From: Bilabrum cf. latius
Taxonomy: Eukaryota
Length of the DNA stretch: 64,000 nt
Assembly (NCBI GenBank): GCA_965178125.1
Contig: OZ237775.1
Span: 62,001 to 126,000, forward strand
Direction of reading: 5' to 3'
Positions 47,331-60,400 of the stretch are shown here, in pieces (the first letter of the stretch is position 1; each line of letters opens with the position of its first letter). Below the pieces are notes generated by a model that was given only the letters and a program-made list of their open reading frames with translations, did no database searches and was not told where the DNA came from. The translations under genes were made by a program, and so were the position numbers.

Positions 47331-50300
47331 ATGCGTCGAGCGTGCAGGTCGGCTGCCACGAGGCTGTCTTGGCGCTTCAAAACGCAGCCTGTAAATGGAT
47401 GCATAACGACAGCTCGTGACTTCAAGGTACGACCAGCTTCGTTACAAACGGTGCTTCGAGCAGCGGCAAGAGCGTCCAGCTCGTCGCCGGTTGCGTCGGC
47501 CCAACAATAGCAACCGAGGAAGGCGGAACCCAGCACGCAGGCAAGCCAGTCCAAGGAGGCCGACCTGATTCGTATGGAAGAACAAGCCGCTGCGTTGCGA
47601 TTGGCGTCTCTATTTGCAGAGAGCGAAGCCGGTCCAGAAGGTTGGGAGGGCGGTGCTCCGGCTGACGCGTTCGGCGGCTCTCCAGCCGACCAAATGCTAT
47701 CAGAGGCAAATGGCACCGCCTCAAATATGACATTATCATCGGGGCAAATTCAGGCTCCTAGCTCCGAGGCGAACCACCCACTGGCCGCCGCTGGCACGCT
47801 GGGTGCTCCTGCCGCTGCTGCTGCTCAAGGACACGAGCTGCCGCACGCCGCTCCCGGCACAGCCTCTGGCAGCAATGACCCCGCCCCCATGTACGACGTG
47901 GACGCTCAGGAGTACAACTTCATCAACCGGCAGTCAGGGGAGAGCGCGACCTTCCGGCTGAGCCCCCGGTTCGTGGGGACCTACCGCGAGAGGACCCCCC
48001 CCTTCGGCTTCAACGGTCTGGGGGAGCTCGTCTACCAGAGGTCCTACGCCCGGGTGAGGCCGGACCTCGGGGGCAGACGAGAGAAATGGTTCGAAACGGT
48101 GGAGCGGGTGGTCAACGGGACGTACAACATGCAGAAGCGCTGGATCGAGCAGCACGACCTGGGGTGGAACCCGTGGAGGGCGCAGAGGAGCGCACAGGAA
48201 ATGTTCAGGAGGATCTTCGAGATGAAGTTCCTGCCGCCGGGGCGCGGGTTGTGGGCCATGGGCAGTCCCATCACCGAGAAGAAGATGCTGTACGCCGCCC
48301 TCAACAACTGCGCCTTTGTGTCCACGGAGAAACTGAAGCAGCAGCCCGCGCGTCCATTTGTGTTCCTCATGGACGCCGCCATGCTGGGCGTGGGTGTGGG
48401 CTTCGACACCAAGGGGGCCACCGTGGACGACCCCATGGTGGTGAGGGGGGTCAACGAGAGCAAGAAGCCAGTGCCCTGCGTGGTGCCAGACACGAGGGAG
48501 GGATGGGTGGACTCTGTCAGGACGCTGCTGGACGCGCATTTCCTGGGGAGGGCGCCCGTGGAATTCGACTACTCGCGCATCCGGGCCGCGGGGGCACCGA
48601 TCGAGGGATTCGGCGGCATAAGCAGCGGACCGGATGCCCTGAGTGACCTGCACGCGGACATCGTCAATGTGCTGGAGCCTCTTGCCGGGAAGCGCATCAC
48701 CGTGAGGGCCATCACGGACATCATGAACCTCATCGGGAGATGCGTGGTGAGCGGGAACGTGCGCCGAACCGCCGAGATCGCCTTTGGCGCCCCCGAATCG
48801 AGCGAGTTCCTTGACCTCAAGGACTTTGACAAGAACCCAGACAGGGCAGCCTACGGCTGGACCTCCAACAACAGCATCTTCGCCCCTCTTGGCATGCAAT
48901 ACGAAGAGGCATGCGAGCGAGTGGTGAGGAACGGGGAGCCGGGGTTCGCCTGGCTGGACAACATGCGGAGGTACTCTAGGATGGGCCAGCCCCCTGACGA
49001 CAAGGACTCGAGGGCGATGGGAGGCAACCCCTGCCTCGAGCAGACTCTCGAGTCGTACGAGCTATGCTGCCTCGTGGAGACCTTCCCCGCCAACCACGAC
49101 GACATCGAGGACTACAAGAAGACGCTCAAGTACGCTTATCTATACGCCAAGACGGTCACTCTGGGACGGACGCACTGGCCCATGGCAAACCGCGTGCTGC
49201 TCCGCAACCGGCGGATCGGTTGCTCCATGAGCGGCATCGCGCAGTTCGTGGCCCAGCGAGGCCTCTCTGAGCTCAGGGAGTGGTGCGAGGACGGGTACAG
49301 TGCCATCGAGCAGTACGACAAGCGGTACAGCGACTGGCTGGCCATCCCCAGGTCCATCAAGACGACGTGCATCAAGCCAAGCGGCACAGTGTCCCTGCTG
49401 GCGGGCGCCACGCCCGGCATGCACTACCCCGAGAGCCGCTTCTACATGAGGAGGGTGCGCCTGCCCAAGGGATCTGACCTTGTAGGTGCCCTGGAGAGAG
49501 CAGGGTACCACTTGGAGGAGGCGGAGCAGGAGAAGGACACGGTGGTGGTGACCTTCCCGGTCGACGTGGGAGAGGGGGTGCGGACCCAGGACGAGCTGAG
49601 CATGTGGGAGCAGCTGTCCCTGGCTGCCTTCCTGCAGAGGCACTGGGCGGACAACCAGGTATCGTGCACAGTGACCTTCGACCCAGAGACGGAGGGGCCC
49701 CAGCTGCCCCACGCCTTGCAGTACTTCCAGTACCAGCTCAAGGGGGTCAGCTTTTTGCCCAAGATGACGCACTCGTACGCGCAGATGCCCTACGAGGCCA
49801 TCGGCGAGGACGAGTACAGGTCGATGCTCGGTGGGATCGGGGCGTTGCAGTTCCATGCACCCGATGAAGCGGACCCCGCGGGGGGTGGCACCCAGGGGAG
49901 CAGCAGGGCGGGGAAAGGGGGGCCCGCCAGCGCGTACGGGTGGGCTGTGGGACCGCCGTCTGCATCCGGGACGGCGTCGGGAACGGGAACATGGCAGGGA
50001 CAGTGGCAGGGGCAGGCGGGTGGTGGGGAAGACGTGAGCCTTGCTGGGATGCCCGACCTGTTCTGCGATGCGGACGGGTGCGTGGTGCCGGCACAAAGCG
50101 GGGGATCTGTGGGTGGGAATGATGCGAGTGCGGGGGTGGGGGCGGAGGCGCGGTCGGTGGGTGCGAGACTGGAGGGGGTGCTTGGCGGTGGCGCTGCGGG
50201 CGAGGGGGCTGCAGGTGAGGGGGCCCCTGAGGACGAAAGGGAACTGTTTGGGGGCGTGCTGCCTTCGGACGAGGCAGGTGACGCGAGGGCGATGGGGGGC

Positions 50301-50387
50301 AGGGACGGGGCTGAGGGTGTGATGGGCGGTAGCGGGGGTGGGGGTGGGGAGGGGGAGAGGGGAGGGGGCCAGGGCGGGAGGCAGTGA
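47331..50387 (+). CDS. nrdJ: Class II adenosylcobalamin-dependent ribonucleoside-triphosphate reductase (monomeric type) with an N-terminal presequence-like extension; TAG at 47508-47510
   Basis: Motifs FLPPGRGLW, ALNNCAF, LGVGVGFD, VVSGNVRRTAEI, GGNPCLEQTLESYELCCLVE, RNRRIG, TCIKPSGTVSLLAG, WADNQVSCTVTF and the C-terminal FCDADGC. Ends in TGA. Confidence 0.95.
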
Positions 50388-50615
50388 GACTGCACGTGAG
50401 GGCGGTGGGCCGAATGCGATGTACAGACACACGGGCTGAAAGAAATGCTAGTATTGTATGCACTGCTGAATGACCCGATTTTTGCTGCACAAAGACACCA
50501 AAAGCGAAGTGGTGCCAGTTGCATTGATGATCGCCGCAACTGCTGTGACTCCGAGTCGTACTCAAGAACGAAACGCGAATCGATGCATGGTGAAGTCATC
50601 TGGGTTGTTGTGGGC

Positions 50616-52931
50616 ATGGCAGATGGGGATAATATTTCGCGAAAGTATCCTCCTGATGCCGATTACCTGCATGCAGAGCTTGTTGAGCGCATTGATGTAA
50701 ATGGCGGTACGGATCTTCGATTGCCGTCGTCGCTCACAGAGGGTCAGATGGAGATGCTGATGGATTTCTTGCAAAAGAGACCGCAGCTGAAGCATTTAAG
50801 TCTGCAATATGGCCTGAGGCTCGAAACTGCAGTGATTCTGGCGGCAGGGCTCCAGCGAAGTCGACACCTGTAGGTCTTGACAATCTCCTGGAATCCAGGC
50901 CTTGGTGATCAAGGTCTCACCGCAGTCCTGTAGGCGCTTGAAATGCATCCTAGTATAAATTAGCTGCATTTGGCCGGTCTCCACTGGAGCCATGCCGGTA
51001 TTGAGGCGCTTTCAGTGTTGATTCGAACTTGTCGGGAGCTGGAGCTTGTAGATGCTCGGTTGATGAAAGTTGCAGACGACAGGGAGCCACTGAAAGACGG
51101 ATACTTGGAAGCAATAACCTTGTTTGCACGGGCACTTGCTCAGCGGGGACAGAACAAAATGCAGCCTGTCGATCTTGATGTGGGCGGCTGCTCATCAGAT
51201 ATCTTGCACCCTAGCATAGGCAACTTGCTTGGAGCCTTTGCGAAGCACGGAAGCCAGGCTGGGATAGGTCATCTTTCGTTAAATGAGTCCAAATTGACTG
51301 CAGCACACATGTGCCATATCGCTCGTATGGTGGCACCTGGTTTCAGCTGTCATGACCTGCCTGTCGAGGGTGACTTTCTGGGTCCGGATGGGCAGGTGCA
51401 GCATGATCAAGTCCGCGGCTTTGTAGAAGCCAGATCCAAAGACGACCCCTTGGAGGTATCGCAGTTGCCCCCAAAGAGCGCTCTGAAACGGCTGTCTCTC
51501 GACAAGAACTCCCTGAATGGTCCCAGCTGCCTCTTGCTCGCTCGGGCACTCTCCCAGAACGACACGCTCGAGCGGCTGAGAATGAACGACAACCCGGTAG
51601 GCGCGCTGGGAGCAGCCGCAATCGCCGTTGCACTGGAACATTCCGCGCGACTCAATGCTCTCCACCTGAGTTCGGGCACTGTTCCTGCGGCATCTGCCGG
51701 ACAGGTGTTTGATGCGGTGGGCCTGAACTGTGCGCTGCATGAGCTTCGGATAGAGACAGCAAGGCCACCCGAGGGAGACGCGGTCGATAGCTTGTGCCAG
51801 GCGCTTGTAAAGCACCCCTCAATGCGTGGGATCAGATGGGACGGCTTTGCCTCCAGGGAGGACCCCGGGGTGGGTGGCTTCCTGCGAGCGATCGCAACGG
51901 CCCCAGTTTTAGAGAGGTGCATCATACCCATGCCCAGGCACCCCAACTTTACGCGAATCGGTAGAATCGTCGGTAAGGCCAAGCTTCATGAGAGATTCCA
52001 GCCAATCCTGGCGGCATGCGCGACACTGCCAAGTGCACCCGGCGCATCAGCCGCCGAGACTAGAGTCGCGTCTCAATTCCAGGGCAAGCCCGCTACCGAG
52101 AGTCCTCTGGGCCGCTGGATGGGGATTGAGTATGCCACCTCAGTGCTGCGAGCCTCGTTCAATGAGGAGCAAAAGGCTGCGTTCGACGCTGCGGAGGCCG
52201 CGAGAAGGTGTGCTGCGGGCCCGTGCAAGGAATAGACAGGCCCCGTAGTGCCGCAACCACTTTTGTGCCCATGCCCTGACGCGGCCGCCTTTTTGGCCCG
52301 CGCTTTAGACCCAGTGTGGCGACATGTGTGCAATGATGCTGCATCGGGGGCAGGGGCGGGCGCTAGCTCGGGGGCAGACGATACAGCTGCGCCTGACATG
52401 CGGATGATGCGTGGGTGCCTGCAGCTGGCATTGGCACTCGAGGCCATGGGCAGGGGCACGGGCGATTTTGCGGCATACACGAGAATGGATCTAGATCCAG
52501 ATGTAGCAGCTGGATGTGCCCGTGTGGCACGATCACGCATGTGGACTGCGTTGCGCTCGAGCGGGTGCATCCGCATGCTTCGCGCCATCTCAGTCGAGGG
52601 AAGGAGGGGTAGGGGCGCGGTGTGGGCCAGGTTGTTCCCTCTGTGGTGTGGGGTGGAAGAGGTGCTGAGTGCGGAGAGGGCGAGGGGCTTGGTGCGATGG
52701 AGGCATGGACTGGAGGCCAAGAGGGACGCTGGGATGGTGTTCCAGGCGGCGAATGAGGGCAGGCCTTTAGAGCTGGCCAGGAGGCTGAGGCTGGGCAAGC
52801 TGGCGGGCGGGCTGGAGATGGAGGGAGAGGTGGAGGACGGGGCGGGCGGGACGAAGCTTGTTGGTCCGCTGGAGGCAGCTCGATTGGGAGGACACGACGA
52901 TTGCGTTAGGGTGTTGGAGGGCATGCATTGA
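50616..52931 (+). CDS. RI-type LRR protein with a C-terminal ankyrin-like motif; TAG at 50871, 50931, 50961 and 52233
   Basis: Three track ORFs share one frame. Repeats include LKRLSLDKNSLNG and LERLRMNDNPVGALGA, and PLEAARLGGHDDCVRVL is ankyrin-like. Ends in TGA. Start uncertain (50445, 50583 or 50616). Confidence 0.72.
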
Positions 52932-53195
52932 TGCATCGCAGCGGTGCGCTGGGCCTTCTGGACTGCCACCAATGGGCTTGGCCCGGATCAGTTGAATTGC
53001 AATCATTGAGCATATACTTTGCTTTGAGCTACTGGACAAGCCTATGGGGGGTATATGCATTAGATACTTGCAGTCTGCCATACGTAGATCTAATATCGTT
53101 GAAGCCTGCCAGCAGCATCCTGAGCTTCACTCGTCACATCTGCAATCACGAACGGAAACCTCCCGAAATGCATACCGTTCAATAGCAGGGATACA

Positions 53196-54364
53196 ATGGA
53201 GACATCAGCGCCCGTCGCTACGGGGATGAAGCGAGCGACGCACCCTTTGGAGCTTTCCTTCCGCGGGATCACTTGCGTTGAGGGTAAGGAGATTGTTTGC
53301 CTGTTTCTTCACTTGCAGTTGGTGCTGTTTGGCAAGGCTGTCGAGTCCTATCATAGCTTGAATGCACCGCAGATATTGTAAGAAGAGTTGTAGAAGAGTA
53401 GAGAGAAAAAGGAATACTCGCAAAAGAAGACGAAACCGCAGCAGCCATTGTTGCCGCCGAGAAGGGAGCTGCAGGGCTAGGTGCCGTGTCCGGAGCCGAT
53501 GAGCTCACCGACGACGAAATCTTGGAACGATTGGGTCTTGCTGGAGACGGATTGGGCGCAGGTGGCATTGCAGCTGGAGTGGATGGACCGGATGGAAGCG
53601 GCATGCCGGGCGAAGGTGGCGAGGGCTCGTTGGGCGATTTGCTGCTGAGCCCGTCGGGCAAGAAGGGAGGCAGCGGAGGGGAGGGCGCATCGATCGAGTC
53701 TATTCTGGAGGCATCCGGTGGAGTCATGCCCGTCAGGAGGTCCTACTCAGCGGTGAGGCTGGACAACAACGGCCTGCGGTCGCTCGGAGGACTCGTAGAG
53801 GCTCTCGCCATCGTGTGCTCGGACGTGGCGGAGATCCGATGGCTGGATCTCAGCCACAACTCCATCGACAGCGATGGACTCAGGGCAGCGGGACTGGACG
53901 CCTTGCCCGCCCTCAGGACGCTGCATCTGCATGGGAATAAGATCCACGGACACAGGGCGGTCCGCGCAGCATTCGGAACCCTCGTGGAGGGCGGCTGCAG
54001 GCGGTCCGCGCACGGGCCCATGACCCCGGCGCACGGGCATCTGCTTGCCCTGTCCCTGCACGCGAACCCGATCAAGGAAGCCCCCGCCTACCGTGAATGG
54101 GTGCTGGGCAGTTTCCCGGGTCTGGATCGACTGGATGGCGTCCCAGTGACGAGGAGGGAGAGAGACTATGCATCGGCTTGGCTCGAGATACACGGGAGAG
54201 GGGGGCCGGGGGCAGTACCTGCGCACGTGATGGCAACCTTTGGGCTGGATGTGGAGGGGAAGGAGCTGGCCAAGGCGAGGAGGAGGAAGCCGCTGGGGCT
54301 GGCGGGGGAGGCTGTGGATGACGACGATGATGACGACGGGGGGGGGGGGGCCGAGGGGACTTGA
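53196..54364 (+). CDS. LRRC51-like protein; intron 53284-53372; TAG at 53399-53401
   Basis: Motifs PLELSFRGI, VRLDNNGL, WLDLSHN, LHLHGNKI and LSLHANPI..YREWV..LDRLDGVPVTRRER (LRRcap). Ends in TGA. Confidence 0.75.
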
Positions 54365-54485
54365 TGATTGATCCGGATCGATGCGAACACACATGCATAT
54401 CGGCGGATGATCTGTGGCTCGCATGCCTCCCACTGATGATCGGATACTTCCAAAGCTCACTATCTGCCCTCCTGCATCGCACTCG

Positions 54486-56347
54486 TCACACCAAATGCCC
54501 CCGCACCTCTACGCATCCACGCCAGCGCCCCGTTGCCCCGACTCACCGCCGCCCACCACTTGCCCAGCTTCTCCCCAGCATACACCACGCTCCTGGACAC
54601 CCCCGCCGAGCACACGCCCTTGATCGTCTATCCAGCCGCCGCCCGCCCCACCGCCCCCGCCAGCGTTGGTCGCAGTGCGGCCGCCAGCCGGTGCCTAGCA
54701 GCAGCTCCCACTGCCGCCAGAGAGCCGGCCACAGCCCTTTGGCCCGGGCTGCCCCTCAGGCGATGCAGGCCCCCTACCAGGCCCCTCGAGGTCGCCCCCA
54801 GCAGCCTTGCGCGCAGAGCGCCCAGCCCCGTGCCCACGGGTGCGTGCGCCAGCTGTGCACTCCCATGGGATGCACCGTGCTACCCGCCATCGCCCCCATG
54901 CGCCTCATGCCCCCTTCTCTCTCTTGCTCTGGCCACCGCCCTCCTCGCCCTCGCCCTAGCCACCCGGGCTTCGGCCCAGCCTCGCCGCCCCAAGGCCAGC
55001 CCCACACGAGCGACGGCGGCGCTTCCGGCCCGGCCCGCGCCGCCTCTCACATTCGCACTCGTCACAGCAGCCTACCCAGCCTCGGCCAGCAGCTCCGCCG
55101 GCTCGAACGCCCGCCCCACGGCCCCCTCCGTCAGCGACTCCGAGTCCCTCCAGGCGACCTCCTGCTGCACCCACTGGGGCAGCCCCCCCAGCAGAGACAG
55201 CCCAGCCTCCGGCCCGTCCGCCTGGAACAACACCTCTTGCCCCGTGACCCGGGAGAGGAAACCACGCTCGGCAAACCACGGCGAACCTTCGCCCTCCAGT
55301 GCAGCGGGACCGCCCTTCTCCTGCTCTTCCGCCCCCTCACTCTACCCCTACTTGTCCGTGTCTCTGTACTCATCCACCAGCTCCCCCTGCAGCAGCCCCT
55401 TGCCCTAGCCATCTCCCCCCGAGCCCCATTCCGACTGCCCTCCCCCCTGTGCTATGCCGAGATACACGCTAGCAATCGCCGCCCTGTTCTTCCTCACGAT
55501 GTTCATCACCTTGTCTGGGTGCTCCCCCAGCAGCATCCGCCAGTCGCCCGCATACGACAGCCCGCACACAGAGGCACACAGCTCGTCCAAGGTGAAGCGG
55601 GGAGGCAGGAGGAGCAACGCCGCGCGGAGAGCTGCCTGTCTGTTCCTCAGCACCGCTCGGTCCAAGTCGGGTCTGGTGCGGAGGACCCGCACCGGCTTGT
55701 GGAGCCTCCCCGCGGCGTACAGGGAGGTCCAGGAGGAGCAGTCCGCCGCGAGGTCCGTCGTGGAGATGACGCCGTACTTAATGCGGGGCCACGGGCTAGA
55801 AGAGGAGGAGGAGGAAAATGATGATGATGATGATGATGATGAAGGGTGCTCGTTTCGCTTTACGGCTGCGGTGGGTGCAGGGACCTGCGAGCATTCGAAA
55901 GAGGCGAATAGGATTCATTTGCGGTGGCGCACTATGCAGAAGGGTTTGCTAGAGTGAGTGGGTGCATCTAAGTGTACTTACCAACGCATTGTACCACATT
56001 CCAGCGCCAAACCCAGTTTGCATCATTGAAACAGCCTTAGGACCGAGGTGGCCAGCGCCTGCGTAGTGATCTCGGTGCCTCCTAAAATTTTCTTCATGCC
56101 ACGCAAGGGGATCATCCACGGCAAAAATCATATCAACCATAGGTGGTGGTCCAGAGAAATCTGCGAAAGTACCAGAGTAGATTCTATTGCGATCCGAAAT
56201 GGTGGCCCCGAAGAATAGTAGGTGCAACTGCCTGCTGCATCGCTCACTGGCATATCCATCCTATTCAAATACGCCGCTACCGTATGCTATACCAAATGAA
56301 ACACTCGGGAAGCACGATAGAATATTATCAAATTTTATAGACGGCAT
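54486..56347 (-). CDS. TAM41: Mitochondrial phosphatidate cytidylyltransferase Tam41; introns 56247-56161 and 55981-55885; seven TAGs (56261, 55405, 55348, 55342, 55072, 54880, 54628)
   Basis: Motifs AYGSGVFE*DG, MVDMIFAVDDP..WH, KYGVIS, LYAAGRLHKPV, LSYAGDWRMLLGEHPDKVMNIV and *TIKGVCSAG..YAGEKL. Ends in TGA. Confidence 0.92.
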
Positions 56348-56709
56348 GGAATTCTCTACGAACGAAAGTGCGAGATGGACTGGTGCAGAGAACGTTCGTG
56401 AACCCGATTCGATTTTATTGTGGAATCCACACGTAACCACTTCGAAGACAAGAACGAGTAGGAGGCAAATTACACCAATTCGACGAGTATTCTGTGTGAG
56501 GGAAGCTTGAAGAATGTGGTATGTTTGATTTATAAGGCATTATGCCGATTATCCGCGTACATACGCCTTCGTAGATTCAGTTGTCTGCAAGAAAGATTTG
56601 AGTGATTCATAATGTCCGAGGTTCTATGTGGAACGGGCTAAGGGTTTCCTCGCTTGGGCATCGTAGGCTTTACCCACTTATGTGTCTGGTTGGCATGAGG
56701 TGCCCGTAA

Positions 56710-57216
<507 letters not shown>

Positions 57217-57428
57217 GCGCCGTGAGCGCTGTGAGAGAGTGGCAGGTATGAATTGATGATTTACCGACAGATTGTGACCAGCTGTGTTTTAAATCTAGAT
57301 ATACCTGGTACAGCAACCTTCGCTCTTGCGGTGGTTGCTGGCGGCCTCACTGATGTTGTCATCTGCTGGTCTGCCCGGGCTTACGTATCTTACGTCTCGA
57401 GCCGGGTCGACCACGACGATAGGTCGCG

Positions 57429-60400
57429 ATGCGCGACGAGTCGGCGACGACGAGCCCAGCAGCGAATCTGCACGGTACTACAAGCGAATCTTGTTTGCGT
57501 AGATTCGTCGATCCGTTGAAAGGCCTGACAGAAGATTATCGCCCAATTCTCACTCGTACTGATAAGTCGAGAACATACACCGAGATAAAGAAGGCTCCAT
57601 TCTATACGTTACCTCTGAACGTAAACATGTCAGGCTCACAAGACGGCTCATCAGCATCATGGGATGAGGAAGATCCTCGCACGTGGATCGTGACGGCAGT
57701 CACTGCCGCCCTATCGGTCATTGTATCTCACCTTGCGTGGTGGATTTGGTATCGATGCGTTATATCGTCCTTAAACAGGTCAAGTCCCGCCGCTGGAGGG
57801 CTATACGAGGGTGCCGCCCTTGCCTGGGAAATGTACGGCGATTTCTCTGGCGAAGCTGCTGACCCTGTCAAGGCTTTTGTCTGTGATATAGCGCACGCAA
57901 TCGCCGTAAAACGGACTAATGAGACGGTTGAAGGCATCGCAGATGGTGAACAAGCGTTGCGGTCGCCGAGACCGTTCAATTCCAAGGAGTCAGCGCGTCC
58001 AGCTCCATCTCCCGTTCCATCCAGTCGGTCAGGGGCAAGTTCAGAGCGACTTTCTAAAGGAGGTTCGGGAAAGCCAAAGTTTCTGTTTGACTCCCTTGCG
58101 AGCATGGAAGAAGAAGTCCAGTCTGGCCTGACCAAGTCCGAGGCTCGCGAGGTCATGGTTCGCCTTGGTCGCATCATGAAGAAGGTGACCAGCCCGGTGC
58201 GATCGTGGCTCGGGTGGATTCTATGCGACTGCCTGGAAGACTACCGCTACAATGTGGACAGCTTAACTCCGGAGAACAAGCGCAAAGTTGTCTTCGGCAT
58301 GATCGACGAAGATTTCAAGCTCGATGACTCCGACGAGGACACGAGCTGCATGGGCGAGCTGCGCCACATGCTCTGTTGCTATCGATGCGGACCATGCGTG
58401 CCGTCCTGCAGGGATGCGTGCTGCTGTTGGTCGTCTTGTGCTGACTGCTGGGACGGCTGCACCTCAGACAAGGGCGCGTGCGGATGCTGCTGCACCTGGC
58501 TTCCCGAGACCTACTGCTGCCGCTCCCCCACACCAATGGCCCCCGCGAGCAAAACGTACAAGCTGGTCCTTGCGAGGCCCCTTCTGGAGCCAATGAAGCC
58601 GCCGCTGCGTGGAACTATCCCCGAAGTGCAAGCCATCCGCGAGTGGACAGAGGTATCGAGCGACGCGCTGGCACCATCCCACCCGCGCCGCCCGGACAAA
58701 GTGTGGAACCACGGCCCCTGGCGGGCTATGGAAGAGCTCACGCAGGAACACCGGCCCGCGCTGCAGACGCACATGGGCGTGTGGGAGCTCAGCCAGATAA
58801 GGCTGGTGCCGTCCATGTCCTCGAGCATGACCTTGGGCCTGCGAGTACAGCATGAGGCCGGTATGGGCGAGGTGCAGCCCCTCACACCGGGACATGCCCT
58901 GAGTTTCTCGGACTTTAAGGAGGGACGCGTGGTTGTGAAGGTGGACAAGGCGTGGGGCACAGATGATTGGGACGCTGACGGCAGCTGGAGCCTGCACCTA
59001 TCGCCGCGTTTCGATTTCCGTGGCAATGCCCGGCGGGGTGCAAGTCCGACGGACGGTATAGCGGGCAGAGGCCATTTTACAGATGGCGTTGTAGTTGATG
59101 CCGTGCCCTTGACTGGCCTCCACCTAAAGATCCCGGTGGATCCTGGCATGAAGCTGCTGCAGGAGCTGGTCATGAAGAACCGAAAAACGTTCGCAGAGTC
59201 CATGCTGGACTTTCAGTTCCTTCAGCAAGACCGTCACTCTGGAGCCGCAGCAGGCAGACATGCCCGCAGTCAGTAGCGCCCAACATCTGCTCCATTGTAG
59301 GAAATGTACCGGGAACTCATCCTCACAGAGGCAGTACTAGTAGGTCACGAGGCGCACGCAGGCCTCCGCCGGCTAGGATCGGACGGGCGCGGAGGCAGGA
59401 GAAGGTTGACGAGCGGCACTGGTGTGTCGCGTGTCGCCTCGGTGAAGCGAGCGGCAAGCAGAAAGACACACCCGAGAGAACAAGGTCAGCACTCAAACGG
59501 TGCTGCTGCGGTGAGCTCCATCGCAGCAGGCCGTGCGGCCCGCGCGCCCATGGGCATGCTGCCACCCGCGTCGGGAGCAGGTGAGACCAGGCCCGCACCA
59601 TTTGTGCCACACAGTGGAGGAAGCAAGAGCATTGGGGGCGGCTATGGGATGCACGCTGGTACCGGGGGCATGATGGAAGCAGCATGTCGTGGAAGCTGCG
59701 AAGACCCAGCGATCGCACCGGATGCAGCTAGCCCGAGCGCTGTCGTGCCACTGGTTGCGCCCAGTGGTCAAGCCAAAGCCAGCAAACATGATCAGAACGC
59801 CAAAGGTTCAATCAAGGTGCGTGAGCTTACCCCGGAGGAGAGGGCAGCCGATCGTGAGCTGTCCGAGACCATCCAGTCGATGGACTGGTCACCGATGTGG
59901 GAGGAGCTGCTGATGCTCAGGGGCGGGTCTCACTAGTACTCGGCGCTCTACGAGGAGAACCTTGAGCAGGCAAGGAAGACGGCACGGGAAAAGTTCGGGC
60001 GCAGCATCGAATGGGCCTCCGCCTTTGAGGACAGGGACCTGTTGTCTCTTCCAGGGGGTGGATCCGGGACCGAGATGCTGGCTCACCATGGAGGTGCTTC
60101 ACGTCAAGGGCTAGGGCCTGTTGTCCACCGCCGGCAGTCCTCTGTAGACTTTACCGGCGGGAACTTTGCTGTGGGTGCCGTGCAATTGGAGCAGCTGATC
60201 CCTTCGTCCGACTCTGCTCGAGTGGTGGTGCAGGGGGCTGCCGGGACGGGCAAGACTACGCTGCTGAAGCGCCTTGGATACCTATGGGCGACAGGGCCTG
60301 GATATGACGTGCCAGTGGAGGCTGATACACGTGACGTGGCTTGCTGGCAGCAATTTGACCTGGTGATGCGGGTGGATCTGTCATCCATTGTGTTCGAAAG

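Noticed and set aside
44403-50387. Bacterial or phage insert/contamination (GH3 plus nrdJ; recoded phages also use TAG=Gln)
   Set aside because: Both genes have eukaryote-style targeting leaders and low-complexity tails, and they are contiguous with intron-containing genes and histone H3.
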